Source of the DNA: Spirochaetia bacterium
GTDB taxonomy: Bacteria > Spirochaetota > Spirochaetia > SZUA-6 > Bin103
Assembly: GCA_965203515.1 (NCBI GenBank)
Contig: OZ241907.1
Location: forward strand, 3,936,001-4,000,000
Length of the DNA stretch: 64,000 nt
Reading direction: 5' to 3'
Shown here: piece by piece, positions 17,052 to 28,224 of the stretch
How the letters are laid out: each line of letters opens with the position of its first letter
How positions within the stretch are numbered: position 1 is the stretch's first letter
Translations under genes and position numbers: made by a program
The notes under the pieces: model-generated
The model's database searches: none
The model's input: only the letters and a program-made list of their open reading frames with translations
Told to the model about the DNA's origin: nothing

Positions 17052-18343
17052 TGGCGATATTCGATTACGAATGGTGCGACGACGCCGAGCCGTCTTCGGA
17101 CCGCGTTTCGCAGTACACGATGGCGCGTGTTCGCATCGAAGCTCGTGGTCACGTCGTTACTTCATTATATGACCGCTATCTGAAGGAGTACCGCGATCAC
17201 GTCTTCGTACCACTCGCGCATGTCGCCGAGTGGCTGGCCGCCAATTGGTGGCACCTGTGGTACGAGGCTGCCTACGTATCAGGTGAGCAGAGGCATGGAT
17301 TCCTTGCCAGGCACGATCTTGCCCACGCGGGAAACGGGTTCGTCCTCCCTCGTCTGACGTTCGTTCCCGTCGGGGATCGGATCCGGGCGAAAGCGCGTGG
17401 CTGGAGCCCGAAGCACGCGCCGCTGGAGTTTCGTTCCGAATGCGATGTCCTGCTCGATCGTGACGAACTGCAACAGGAGTTTCGATCTCTCGTCGGCAAC
17501 GTGATCGAGCGGCTGCGCAAGAAGCGGACGCCGCTCGAATCGTTGGAGTCCGAGTGGCGCGCCATCGAATCACTCGATCATGAAGAACGAGAGTTCTGCC
17601 AGGCCGCCGCGCTCATGGGACTCGATCCGTTCGACATCGACGAGCCAACGGCAGATCGGATTGCGTGGGCTTGGAATCGGACGAATCCAGCGCTACGCGC
17701 AGAATTGCTGGGCGCTGCCTCCCAGGAACACTCGTTGGACACTATCAACGAGTGGTTGGGTCGTTGTCTCGAATCCGCAGAACGGGGACGGAGTGGGAGC
17801 AGCTGGCAGACGGTCCGGCATGCCGTGCAGCGCAGGGGAGCCAACGGCGACCTGCCGTGGCAGCGGGGATACGATGACGCCCGAGCGGTTCGTGAGGAAC
17901 TGGCCGCCGAGCCGGGCAGATTTGACTTTGAACAGAGTGGCCAATTTGGAGTATGGAATCGGGAGGACCGATCTCCGTCACCCCGAATCGACGGAATCGT
18001 GGCGTCCGACTCTCCTTCGTGTGTGGTGATCCGCAAGCCGGAGGCGGGGAAGTGGTTCCTGCTCGCGCGGGCTCTCGGCGACTACATTGGGCGCGAAGAA
18101 CCCACACCCGCCATACTGGGGTCGCTCGACACCGCCCGGCAGGCTCGGTCGCGGGCGTTCGCCGCCGAGTTTCTTGCGCCCGCCGAATGGCTTTGGACAC
18201 AGGTGAAAGGCGCCGAGTCGGTGGACGACGAGGCGGTGGACGAATTCGCGGCTGAGTTGGGCGTATCGAGCTGGGTGGTCCGGCATCAGATACGGAACCA
18301 CCACCTCGCCGAAATCCCAAGTCCCGTATGGCCATCCGATTGA
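17051..18343 (+). CDS. ImmA/IrrE (DUF955)-like protein with degenerate metal site
   Basis: C-terminal WFLLARALGDY...QARSRAFAAEFLAP...FAAELGVSSWVVRHQIRN matches the IrrE/ImmA pattern, but HEXXH is absent. Confidence 0.75.
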   Translation: MAIFDYEWCDDAEPSSDRVSQYTMARVRIEARGHVVTSLYDRYLKEYRDHVFVPLAHVAEWLAANWWHLWYEAAYVSGEQRHGFLARHDLAHAGNGFVLPRLTFVPVGDRIRAKARGWSPKHAPLEFRSECDVLLDRDELQQEFRSLVGNVIERLRKKRTPLESLESEWRAIESLDHEEREFCQAAALMGLDPFDIDEPTADRIAWAWNRTNPALRAELLGAASQEHSLDTINEWLGRCLESAERGRSGSSWQTVRHAVQRRGANGDLPWQRGYDDARAVREELAAEPGRFDFEQSGQFGVWNREDRSPSPRIDGIVASDSPSCVVIRKPEAGKWFLLARALGDYIGREEPTPAILGSLDTARQARSRAFAAEFLAPAEWLWTQVKGAESVDDEAVDEFAAELGVSSWVVRHQIRNHHLAEIPSPVWPSD

Positions 18344-18366
18344 ATGTGAATAGAGCGGATTGGACG

Positions 18367-19463
<1,097 letters not shown>

Positions 19464-19467
<4 letters not shown>

Positions 19468-20492
19468 GACAGCCGCTCCTCCGCCGGCCGCGCCGCCTCG
19501 CCGTGCAGGAAGCAGCGTACCTGATGGGAACGATCGAGCCGGGTCAGCGCCGGCTCCGCCTCCGTGCAGCGCGGCATCGCCTGCGGGCACCGGTCGGCGA
19601 ACCGGCAACCGGGCAGCCGCCGGCGCGGGTCGGGCAGGTGGCCGGGAATCGCGCGCAGCGGCTGCCGGGTGGCCGCCCCCGTCAGCGCCGGCACCGACGC
19701 CAGCAGTCCCTGGGTGTAGGGATGCTGCGGCTCCCTGAATATCCGTCGCACCGGCGCCGACTCCACGACGACGCCGGCGTACATCACCACCACGCGGTCG
19801 ACGAAGCCCGCCACCACCGCCAGATCGTGGGTGATGAAGACGATCGCCGTGCGGACCCGTTCCTTCAGCGACCGCATCAGCCGCAGGATCTGCGCCTGGA
19901 TGGTGACGTCCAGCGCCGTGGTCGGCTCGTCGGCGATCAGCAGCGCCGGCTCGCACGCCAGCGCGATGGCGATCATCGCCCGCTGCCGCAACCCGCCGGA
20001 GAGCTGAAACGGATAGTCGCGGACCCGCAGGTGCGGATCGGACATGCCGACCAGGCGGAGCAGGCCGACCGCCTCCTGCCGCGCCTGGCGCCGGTCCATG
20101 CCGCGGTGCAGGCTGAGCGCCTCGCCGATCTGGTCGCCGATCGAAAAGACCGGATTGAGGGAGGTCATCGGCTCCTGGAAGATCATCGAGATGTCGTTGC
20201 CCCGCACCGCGCGCATGTCGCGGTCGGTCAGCGTGGTCAGCTCGCGCCCCCGCAGGCGGATCGATCCGCGCTCGATGCGGCCGGGCGGTTCGGGCAGCAG
20301 CCGCATGACCGCCAGGGAGGTGACCGACTTGCCGCAGCCGGACTCGCCGACCAGTCCCACCGTCTCGCTTTCGCCCACCTGCAGGTCGAGCCCGTCCACG
20401 GCGCGCACCACGTGGTCGTGCAGGTGGAAGCGGACCTGCAGATCCTCGACGGCCAGCACCGGGCCGGCGGCGTCGACCGGCGGATCGCTCAA
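19464..20492 (-). CDS. Oligopeptide/dipeptide ABC transporter ATP-binding protein (OppD-like)
   Basis: [27 protein letters not shown] and [15 protein letters not shown] motifs. The TTG start overlaps the upstream stop. Confidence 0.93.
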
Positions 20493-21877
20493 TTGCGGCT
20501 CTGCGGATCGACCGCGTCGCGCAGGGCGTCGCCGACGAAGTTCCACGCCATGATGGCGATGAAGATGAAGATGCCCGGCACCAGGATCCAGGGGAAGTCC
20601 TGGAAGATGCGGTAGCCGCGCGACACCGCCAGCATCAGCCCCCAGCTCGACTGCGGTTCGGTGATGCCGAGCCCCAGGAAGCTCAGGGCCGATTCGCCCA
20701 GGATGAAAGCGGGGATGGCGAGGGTGACGTGGACGATCACGTACGACAGCGTGTTCGGCAGCACGTGGCGCCGGATGATCTTGAAGGGGCCAAGGCCGAG
20801 CGCGCGGGCGGCCAGCACGTAGTCCTCGGACCGCAGAGAGAGCACCATGCCGCGCACGATGCGGGCCAGCCCCCCCCACACGACGAAGGAGACGATCAGG
20901 ATGATCAGGAGGTAGACCTGGACGCTGTCGAGGGTGGGCGGAAAGGTCCCGCGCAGCGCCAGCAGCAGATAGAACGAGGGGAAGGCGATCAGCACTTCGG
21001 TCAGCCGCATCAGCAGGTTGTCGGCGGCGCCGCCGAAGTAGCCGGCCGCGCCGCCGATCGCCAGGCCGATCACCAGCGTGATCGACGCGCCGATCAGTCC
21101 CACGGTGAGCGACACGCGCGCGCCGTGCAGCAGGCGCGACAGCAGGTCGCGGCCGGCGTGGTCGGTGCCGAGCGGAAAGAAGCCGGCGGTGGGCGAGGCG
21201 AGCAGGTGCGTGCGGGCGGTGAACAGCCCCAGGAACCGGTACGGCACCCCGCGTACCAGAAAGCCCACGAAGTTCTTGTTGCCCTTGGCGATGATCAGCT
21301 CCGCGGTCGGCGCCGACGGCCGGCCGATCGCCAGGCGCACGGTGCGGTGCAGGTCGCGGCGCGGGTCGCGCTCCACCTCCGCGATCAGCGCGCGCAGCTC
21401 GGCCGTCGCCGCGTGGTCCGGCGCCAGCCCGTAGTGGCGCCGGAACGCGGTGACCGCCGCGCTCGCGCGCGCCGCCGCGGAGTCCTGCATCGCCGCGGCG
21501 CGCAGCTCGCCGCGACCGGCCGCCGTCTCCTGCGAGATCACGCGGATGGTGTGTCGAGGCACGCGGCCGTAGGTGCGCAACGCCTGATTGACGATCCGCA
21601 TCTCGAACGTGAACGGCCGGACCACCACGCGGCCGCCGTCGGCGTAGCTGAAGTGGACGCGGGTCGGCGGCTGATACGACTTGGTCTTGTCGGTCCAGCG
21701 CATGGTCGCCGGCGACAGCGGGTCGGCCAGCAGCGCCAGCCCGTACAGGACGAGCAGCGCCGCGGCGCCGATCTTGCCGAGCTGATGCTTCCTGAACCGC
21801 CGCCAGTAGATCTGGGCCAGCGACTCGCCCAGCTCCGGCATGGCGCCGCGCGCGGTCGCCGGCGTCGGGCCGCTCAC
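20489..21877 (-). CDS. Peptide ABC transporter permease (OppC-like) with large extramembrane insertion
   Basis: YWRRFRKH, LGTDHAGRDLLSRL, RHVLPN, ESALSFLGLG and NFVGDALRDAVDP motifs. Confidence 0.92.
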   Translation of the reverse strand: MSGPTPATARGAMPELGESLAQIYWRRFRKHQLGKIGAAALLVLYGLALLADPLSPATMRWTDKTKSYQPPTRVHFSYADGGRVVVRPFTFEMRIVNQALRTYGRVPRHTIRVISQETAAGRGELRAAAMQDSAAARASAAVTAFRRHYGLAPDHAATAELRALIAEVERDPRRDLHRTVRLAIGRPSAPTAELIIAKGNKNFVGFLVRGVPYRFLGLFTARTHLLASPTAGFFPLGTDHAGRDLLSRLLHGARVSLTVGLIGASITLVIGLAIGGAAGYFGGAADNLLMRLTEVLIAFPSFYLLLALRGTFPPTLDSVQVYLLIILIVSFVVWGGLARIVRGMVLSLRSEDYVLAARALGLGPFKIIRRHVLPNTLSYVIVHVTLAIPAFILGESALSFLGLGITEPQSSWGLMLAVSRGYRIFQDFPWILVPGIFIFIAIMAWNFVGDALRDAVDPQSRN

Positions 21878-22854
21878 GTCACCCGGATCCGGGGGTCGGT
21901 GACCGCCAGCAGGATGTCGGCCAGCAGATTGCCCAGCATCAGCAGGATCACGCCGTAGATCAGGCTGCCGGATACCAGGTACGGGTCCTGATTGAGCAGC
22001 CCGGCCAGGATCAGCTTGCCCAGGCCCGGCCAGCCGGTGACGATCTCCACCAGCGCGGCGCCGCCCAGGATGTCGCCGATCGTGAAGCCCAGGATGGTGA
22101 TCATCGGATTGACCGCGTTGCGCAGCGCGTGCTTGAGGATCACGACCCGGTCGGCCAGCCCCTTGGCGCGGGCGGTGGTGATGTACTGCCGGCCCAGCAC
22201 CTCCAGCATGTTGGCGCGCATGATCCGGGTCAGTCCCGCGGTGATCGCGGTCGAGATCACCAGCGCCGGCACCACCAGATGCTTGGCCAGATCCCAAACC
22301 CTGCCGAACCAGGAGAGCTGGTCGTGATCGATCGAGGTCATGCCGCCGATCGGCAGCCAGCTCCCGGTTGACGAGATCACGTACAGCAGGAGCGACGCCA
22401 GGAAGAAGTTCGGGATCGACAGCCCGAAGAACGCCAGCACCGCGATCGACTGGTCCTGCCACCGGTACTGCCAGACGGCGGCAGCGATACCGGCGGGCAC
22501 CGAAAACCCCCACGCCAGCAGCAGCGACACCACCGCCAGCAGCAGCGTGTTGGCGGCGCGCTGCCGGACCAGCGCGAATACCGGCGCCTTGAAGGTCTGC
22601 GAGTAGCCAAAGTCGCCCTGCGCGGCGTTCCACAGGTAGCGTCCGAACTGCACGTACCATGGCCGGTCCAGGCCGAAGTTGGCGCGGAACCGCTCCAGGT
22701 CCTCGGGGCGGATGTCCGGGTTGAGCGCGTACTCGGTGTAGACGTCGCCCGGCGCGAGCTGGATCAGCCAGAAGGCGATGGCAAGCGTCACGACCAGGAT
22801 CGGCACGGCGTTGAGCAGACGCCGGCCGACGACGCGCAGCAGCGACAGGCTCAC
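21874..22854 (-). CDS. Peptide ABC transporter permease (OppB-like)
   Basis: GLDRPWYVQF, YITTARAKGL, KHALRNA and DPRIR motifs. Confidence 0.93.
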   Translation of the reverse strand: MSLSLLRVVGRRLLNAVPILVVTLAIAFWLIQLAPGDVYTEYALNPDIRPEDLERFRANFGLDRPWYVQFGRYLWNAAQGDFGYSQTFKAPVFALVRQRAANTLLLAVVSLLLAWGFSVPAGIAAAVWQYRWQDQSIAVLAFFGLSIPNFFLASLLLYVISSTGSWLPIGGMTSIDHDQLSWFGRVWDLAKHLVVPALVISTAITAGLTRIMRANMLEVLGRQYITTARAKGLADRVVILKHALRNAVNPMITILGFTIGDILGGAALVEIVTGWPGLGKLILAGLLNQDPYLVSGSLIYGVILLMLGNLLADILLAVTDPRIRVT

Positions 22855-22875
22855 GGCCCGGTTCCCCTACTCGAT

Positions 22876-22903
22876 CATTCCGGCACTGACATTCCGGCAC
22901 TGA
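22876..22903. repeat. 14-bp tandem duplication CATTCCGGCACTGA x2
   Basis: Exact copies at 22876 and 22890, intergenic. Confidence 0.85.
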
Positions 22904-22909
22904 CGGAGA

Positions 22910-22935
22910 GAGCCCGGGACGCGCGTCCCGGGCTC
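22910..22935 (-). terminator. Stem-loop after the solute-binding protein gene (partial terminator or mRNA stabiliser)
   Basis: Perfect 26-bp palindrome GAGCCCGGGACGC|GCGTCCCGGGCTC with only a weak U-tract. Confidence 0.6.
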
Positions 22936-22949
22936 GTCTGTCGTACGCG

Positions 22950-24737
22950 CTACTTCACGTAGAGCCGGTCGACGATGCCGGTCATCGCGAACCCGTTGAG
23001 CGGGTGCGGCTTGATGTTGCCGAAGGTGTTGCGATAGGCGTGCATCACGGCCGGGGCGAACGTGTAGGCCCACGGGACCGCTTCGATCCAGAGCTCCTGC
23101 AGCTTGCGGTAGCCGCGGGTGCGCTGCTCATCGTCGGTGGTCAGGTTGGCCTCGTCCCAGGCGGCATCGACGGCGACCTCCCAGTCGCGGCGCGGCGATT
23201 CCTGGCTCGGCTCGATCATGTGCAGACCGCCGTGCGAGGGATAGACGTTGGCGCCCGACACCGGATCGACCGATCCGGTCAGGCCGATCAGGATCATCTG
23301 CCAGTCGAAGGAGGAGACCAGCCGGGTTACCAGCTCGTTGAACGCCTCCGGCTTGAAGGTGACGTCGATGCCGGCGTTCCGCGCCTCCTGGCTGAACAGC
23401 TCGCCGATCTGCTCGCGCACGGTGTTGCCGGCGTTGGTGTTGAGGATGAGCTCGATCTTGTTGCCGTCCGGATCCTCGCGCACGCCGTCCCCGTCGCGGT
23501 CGACGTAGCCGATCGAGTCGAGCAGCTCCCCGGCGCGCTCCGGGTCGTACTTGAGGGCGGCGTCGGCGGCGCCCTCCCAGTAGTAGGGAGAGACGGTCCA
23601 GACGAACGAGTACTGCGGGTAGCCGAAGCCGAAGGCGATGTTGTTGATGATGGTCTGACGGTCGATCAGGTGCGCCATCGCCTGCCGGAACTTCTGGTTC
23701 GACAGCCAGGTCAGCGCCGGCGGCTCGATGCCGCCGTCATCCTCGCCCTCGATCGGGTTCTGGTTGAAGGTGATGAACTGCGTGCTGGAGGCCGGACCGA
23801 CGTTGTAGATCAGGAAGTCGTCGGGTTCCTGCATGTCGACCAGGACGCCGTAGTCCTCGCCGCGCAGACCCCAGGCGTCCGACTCGCCGGCGATGAACCG
23901 GGCCAGGCCGGTGTCCTGATCCTCCACGAACTCGATCACGAACTCGTCCAGGTAGGGGAGTTGCTGGCCCCACTCGTCCTGCTCGTAGTAGCGGGGGTTG
24001 GGCGTCATCACCACCCGCTGGCTCGGCAGGTACTCGCCGATCATGAAGGGCCCGTTGCCGACGATGGTCGTCACGTCGGTATCGACGCCCCAGAAGGAGT
24101 TGACCGCGGCGGCGCCCTCCGCCTCGATCAGCGGCTCGAAGATGTGGCGCGGCAGCGGCGCGATCGAGGCGACCTCGAAGATGCCCGCGTACACCGACGG
24201 CAGCGTGATGCGGTAGGTCAGATCGTCGATCAGCTCGAACGTGGCCAACTCGCCGCCGATCAGCAGGGCGTCGCGGTCGTCGGTCTCCACGTCTTCGTTG
24301 AGGACGATCTCGTTGACGGTCCAGACGACCTCGTCGGCGGTCAGCGGGTCGCCGTCGGACCAGGTGAGGCCGCTGCGCAGCCGCAACGTGATCGTCTTCT
24401 GGTCCTCGGAGATCTCCCAGCTCTCCGCCAGGTCCGGCTCCCACTCCAGGGTGAGCTGGTTGCGGCGCACGGCGCCGGCGAACATGCGGCTGGTGATGTC
24501 GGTGGTCGAGGTCTCCTTGGCCAGCACCGGATTGAAGGTCTTGGGGTCGGACACGCTGGTAATGACGAACCGGCCGCCGTGGCTGCCGCGCTCCCACGCG
24601 GAGTGATCGACCGGCGTCAACAGGTCGATCGGGCTCATTTCCTCGGCCATGGCCTCGTCTTCCTGGACGGGGGCCGCCCAGGCGCCGGCAACGACTGCGC
24701 AGGCGATCAGGATGGCAAGAATGCTCTTGTTCATCAT
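22950..24737 (-). CDS. Peptide ABC transporter substrate-binding protein (family 5)
   Basis: Signal peptide, then DPKTFNP, PDLAESWEIS, WSDGDPLTADEV, GNGPF and FRQAMAHLIDR. AGGAGG SD and TAGAAT (24777-24782) upstream. Confidence 0.93.
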   Translation of the reverse strand: MMNKSILAILIACAVVAGAWAAPVQEDEAMAEEMSPIDLLTPVDHSAWERGSHGGRFVITSVSDPKTFNPVLAKETSTTDITSRMFAGAVRRNQLTLEWEPDLAESWEISEDQKTITLRLRSGLTWSDGDPLTADEVVWTVNEIVLNEDVETDDRDALLIGGELATFELIDDLTYRITLPSVYAGIFEVASIAPLPRHIFEPLIEAEGAAAVNSFWGVDTDVTTIVGNGPFMIGEYLPSQRVVMTPNPRYYEQDEWGQQLPYLDEFVIEFVEDQDTGLARFIAGESDAWGLRGEDYGVLVDMQEPDDFLIYNVGPASSTQFITFNQNPIEGEDDGGIEPPALTWLSNQKFRQAMAHLIDRQTIINNIAFGFGYPQYSFVWTVSPYYWEGAADAALKYDPERAGELLDSIGYVDRDGDGVREDPDGNKIELILNTNAGNTVREQIGELFSQEARNAGIDVTFKPEAFNELVTRLVSSFDWQMILIGLTGSVDPVSGANVYPSHGGLHMIEPSQESPRRDWEVAVDAAWDEANLTTDDEQRTRGYRKLQELWIEAVPWAYTFAPAVMHAYRNTFGNIKPHPLNGFAMTGIVDRLYVK

Positions 24738-24844
24738 CGTGGCTTTGCAACCTCCTGTGAGATCGGGATGCCGCCCATTCTACGTCATTTCGCCGGTCGT
24801 TGCCTGCCGGTCCCGGCAGGGGAGCCGCGCTGTGCCCGACCAGC

Positions 24845-25330
24845 TCAGAAGAACGTGCGGGCGGCGGCGCTCTCGATGCGGAACAGCGGCCGGCCGGCGC
24901 TCATGCCGGGCCAGGGAATCGCCGCGCCGACCAGGAGCAGGGTGACCAGCACCGCGATCACGGTACGGCGGAAGCGCCGCTCGGCCGCCGCGCGCTTGAT
25001 GCGGCCGGCGGCGATGTGCATGAAGGTGGTCGCGACCGCCATCAGCAGCGCGTGCTCCGCCAGGAAGTAGCGGAGCTGGCCGTCGCGCATCGCCGCGCCG
25101 ATATCCTCGAACGCCGCGCGCACCAGCGGGCTGAACGCCACGTACAGCAGCAGCCCGATCAGGAACTGCAGGGACAGCAGGTGGGTCGCCGCCTGCAGCA
25201 GCGCGGTGTCGACCGGCCGCCACGGCGTGCGCCGGGCCCAGCCGGCCGCGCCGCGCGCGAGCAGCAGCAGGAACAGCGCCAGCAGCGGCCAGCGCAGCCA
25301 GGAGTGGACCAGCAGGACGATCGTGTACAC
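24845..25330 (-). CDS. Four-helix membrane protein with conserved-looking His residues
   Basis: HSWLRW, QFLIGLLLY, EHALLM and IPWP, with 4 TM segments. Confidence 0.75.
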   Translation of the reverse strand: MYTIVLLVHSWLRWPLLALFLLLLARGAAGWARRTPWRPVDTALLQAATHLLSLQFLIGLLLYVAFSPLVRAAFEDIGAAMRDGQLRYFLAEHALLMAVATTFMHIAAGRIKRAAAERRFRRTVIAVLVTLLLVGAAIPWPGMSAGRPLFRIESAAARTFF

Positions 25331-25363
25331 GCCGGCACAGGGTAGGCGGCTGCGCGGCCGGCA

Positions 25364-26773
25364 TCAACACGCCGCGGCGTACCGCCGCACCAGCGCCCGG
25401 AAGCGGTCGCCGCGGTCGAACTCGTTGCGGAACATCCCGAACGACGCGCAACCGGGCGACAGCAGCACCGTAGCGCCCGGCTCGGCCGCCCGCAGCGCCG
25501 CGCCGAAGGCGTCGTCCAGCGAGTCGAACGGTCCGTCGCACCGCACCCCGGCGCCGCGCAGCGCCGCGCCGAGCTTGGCCGTGGCGCTGCCGGCCAGCAG
25601 CACGCAACGGTGCAGGGGGCCGGCCGCGGCCGCCAAGGTCGAGAAGTCGAGCTCCTTGTCGGCGCCGCCCGCCAGCAGCACCACCGGCGCCGGTACGGCG
25701 GCCAGCGCCGCCGCGGTCGCCTCCGGAATGGTGGCCGCCGAGTCGTTCACGAACCGCACGCCGGCCGCCTCGCCCACCGGCTCCAGCCGGTGCGGCAGTC
25801 CTTCGAAGCGGTTCAGGGCGCGGCGTATGGCGGCCGGTTCGCTGCCGAACGCGGCCGCCGCGGCCGCCGCCGCCAGCAGGTTGGCGGCGATGGCGCGTTG
25901 GCCCCGGCCCGCGGCCGCGCCCCGCACGGCGTCGAACGCCGCTCCGCGTCGGCCGCCGACCGACACGCGGCCGGCGCCGTCCTCAAGCCAGGCGCCGTCT
26001 CCCGCCGGCCGCCGCCGGGTGGAGAACAGCACGATGCGCGCGGCGGCGTCGGCGGCGAAGCGCCGGTGCCACGGATCGTCGGCGTTGAGCACCAGCGTGG
26101 CGTCCGGCGGCTGCCCGGCGGCGATCACGCGCTTGTCCTGCAGGTACTCCTCCATGGAGGCGTACCGGTTCTGATGGTCGCGCAACAGGTTGGTGACCAC
26201 GGCCACGGCCGGCGCCAGCAGGCCGCGGCCGCGCAGGTCGCCGAGCTGCCACGACGACAGCTCCAGCACCACCGGGGTATCGGCCGTCAGCGCTTCGAGG
26301 AACTCCAGGGGCGACCCGCCGATGTTGCCGCCCAGCCGCACGCCGGGGTGGTCGGCGCGCAGGACCGCGGCCAGGGCGGCCGCGGTCGTCGACTTGCCCT
26401 TGCTGCCGGTGACCGCCAGCACCGGCGCCGGACAGCGGGCCAGGAACAACGACTGGTCGGTCTGCAGGTCCGCTCCGGCGGCGGTGGCGGCGGCCAGGAA
26501 CGGCGAGTCGGGCGGCACGCCGGGGTTCTTGACGACCAGGTCGGCGCCGGTGAAGTCGCTCATCCGATGGCCGCCGAGCGCCAGCCGCACCTCCGCCGGC
26601 AGCGCGTCGACGGCGGGGCGCAGCTCGTCGGCGGTCTTGAGATCGGTAACGGTGACGCGGGCGCCCTGCGCGTGCAGGAAGCGGGCGGCGCCCAGGCCGC
26701 CGCCGGCGATGCCGAGCCCCATGACGGTAGCGCGCAGCCCGCGCAGGTTCGCGGACCGCCGCCGCCCGGTCAG
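25364..26773 (-). CDS. murD: UDP-N-acetylmuramoyl-L-alanine--D-glutamate ligase
   Basis: VMGLG, VTGSKGKSTT, ELSSWQL, LPHRLE, NDSAAT and LLSPGCASFGMF motifs. Start inferred at CTG 26773; the first ATG is 26722. Confidence 0.93.
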   Translation of the reverse strand: MTGRRRSANLRGLRATVMGLGIAGGGLGAARFLHAQGARVTVTDLKTADELRPAVDALPAEVRLALGGHRMSDFTGADLVVKNPGVPPDSPFLAAATAAGADLQTDQSLFLARCPAPVLAVTGSKGKSTTAAALAAVLRADHPGVRLGGNIGGSPLEFLEALTADTPVVLELSSWQLGDLRGRGLLAPAVAVVTNLLRDHQNRYASMEEYLQDKRVIAAGQPPDATLVLNADDPWHRRFAADAAARIVLFSTRRRPAGDGAWLEDGAGRVSVGGRRGAAFDAVRGAAAGRGQRAIAANLLAAAAAAAAFGSEPAAIRRALNRFEGLPHRLEPVGEAAGVRFVNDSAATIPEATAAALAAVPAPVVLLAGGADKELDFSTLAAAAGPLHRCVLLAGSATAKLGAALRGAGVRCDGPFDSLDDAFGAALRAAEPGATVLLSPGCASFGMFRNEFDRGDRFRALVRRYAAAC

Positions 26774-28224
26774 TTGGAGGTCCCTCCGGCGGCGCCGGGC
26801 GCCGGCGAGTCCTCCGCCTGCAGCGCGGCGGCGGGAACCGGCTCGCGCTCCAGCGGCTCCAACCGCTCGATCGCCCAGTCCTTGCCGTTCCAACGGAGCC
26901 GGAGCCGATCGGTCACGAGCACCCCCGGCGGACTCGATTCGACCGCGATGTCCTCGATGTTGGGCGTCCAGAAGTGGTAGCGGGCCGCGAACAGCGGCTC
27001 GGTTCCGTCCTGCTCCATGCGGACCTCCAGATCGGTGATCCCGTACACGCGGAGCGGCGATATGTCCGGGCGGCCCATCTCGTCCCACTCCGTCGCCGGC
27101 ACCACGCGGGTCGGGCCGCGGCCGGCCATCGCCATGCGGGATTCCAGGAACATGTGCAGCGTCTCGTTGATCAGGGCGCGGCCGGCGTCGCCGGTGACCG
27201 CGTCCTCCATCGGCTCGGTATCGAGCGTGTTGACGGAAGCGTAGAAGAGCTCCACGACCTCCACCGGCTGCAGCCCGCGGGTGACCGGCGGGGCCAGCGC
27301 CCGTCCGACGATCGGCACCAGGATCGCCAGCGCGACCGCCGCGCCGGCGCCCCAACCGAGCAGGCGGCGCCAGTTGCGGTTGAAGAACCGGCTGCGCGCG
27401 TAGCGGCGCTCGGCCTGCTCGGCTTCGGCCTCGGCAGCGGCCGACGCCGCCGGCTGCGGATCGCCGAGCTTCGCCAGCGCGTCCGCCGCGGCGCGGCCTC
27501 CCAACAGGCCGCTCCAGGCGGAGAGGGCCGGCACGGCCTGCGCGCCCTGACCCAGGGACGCCAGCACGGCGTCGCTCAGCTCGACCGGCGCCGACGGCTG
27601 GAAGGTGCGGGGCGACACCACCTGCAGCCCGCGCACCCGGTCGTGCACCTCCTCCTCGGATTCGCCTTCGAACGGGTAACGCCCGCACAATGCCCGGTAG
27701 ACGGCGACGCCGAGCGTGAACGCGAGTTGGTCGGGACCTTGCCGGTGCGGGTGCCGGTAGCGCTCGACGCTCGCCAGCCGCTCGGCGGGCGGCTTGACGC
27801 CGTTCAGCCGCTCCATCACCGCCGGCGGCAGGAACAGCAGACGGTCGTCGTCGGTGAAGACCACCGCGTCGCCCTGAATCGGTCCCGTGAACTCGACCCG
27901 GTCGGCCAGCGCTTCCAGCGCCATGGCCAGCAGGCGCAGGCGCCGGCTCCGGGCCGGCGACGGGGCCTCCCCGAGCGCGGCGTCCAGCGTGACGCCGTCG
28001 ACCCAGGGACCGACCACGTATACCTGATCCCGGTAGTGGCGGTAGCCGGCGAAGCGCCAGACGCCGACGGTCGGCGAGTGCCCGGCGTCGAAGTCGGAGA
28101 CGATCCAGCCGTCCGACTGCGCCACCGCGCCGAGCTGGGCAAGGCTGTACTGGTTGTGCCGAGGCCCGGCCGGAATGGCGAGCAGCGCCTCGCCTTCCAG
28201 ATCGAGCCGCAGTGGCCGTTCCAC
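26770..28224 (-). CDS. Bitopic membrane protein with a pseudokinase-like cytoplasmic region
   Basis: LAFTLGVAVYRALCGRYPFEG resembles a kinase C-lobe. One TM (GWGAGAAVALAILVPIVG) and a C-terminal exported domain. GTG start inferred. Confidence 0.65.
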   Translation of the reverse strand: MERPLRLDLEGEALLAIPAGPRHNQYSLAQLGAVAQSDGWIVSDFDAGHSPTVGVWRFAGYRHYRDQVYVVGPWVDGVTLDAALGEAPSPARSRRLRLLAMALEALADRVEFTGPIQGDAVVFTDDDRLLFLPPAVMERLNGVKPPAERLASVERYRHPHRQGPDQLAFTLGVAVYRALCGRYPFEGESEEEVHDRVRGLQVVSPRTFQPSAPVELSDAVLASLGQGAQAVPALSAWSGLLGGRAAADALAKLGDPQPAASAAAEAEAEQAERRYARSRFFNRNWRRLLGWGAGAAVALAILVPIVGRALAPPVTRGLQPVEVVELFYASVNTLDTEPMEDAVTGDAGRALINETLHMFLESRMAMAGRGPTRVVPATEWDEMGRPDISPLRVYGITDLEVRMEQDGTEPLFAARYHFWTPNIEDIAVESSPPGVLVTDRLRLRWNGKDWAIERLEPLEREPVPAAALQAEDSPAPGAAGGTSN

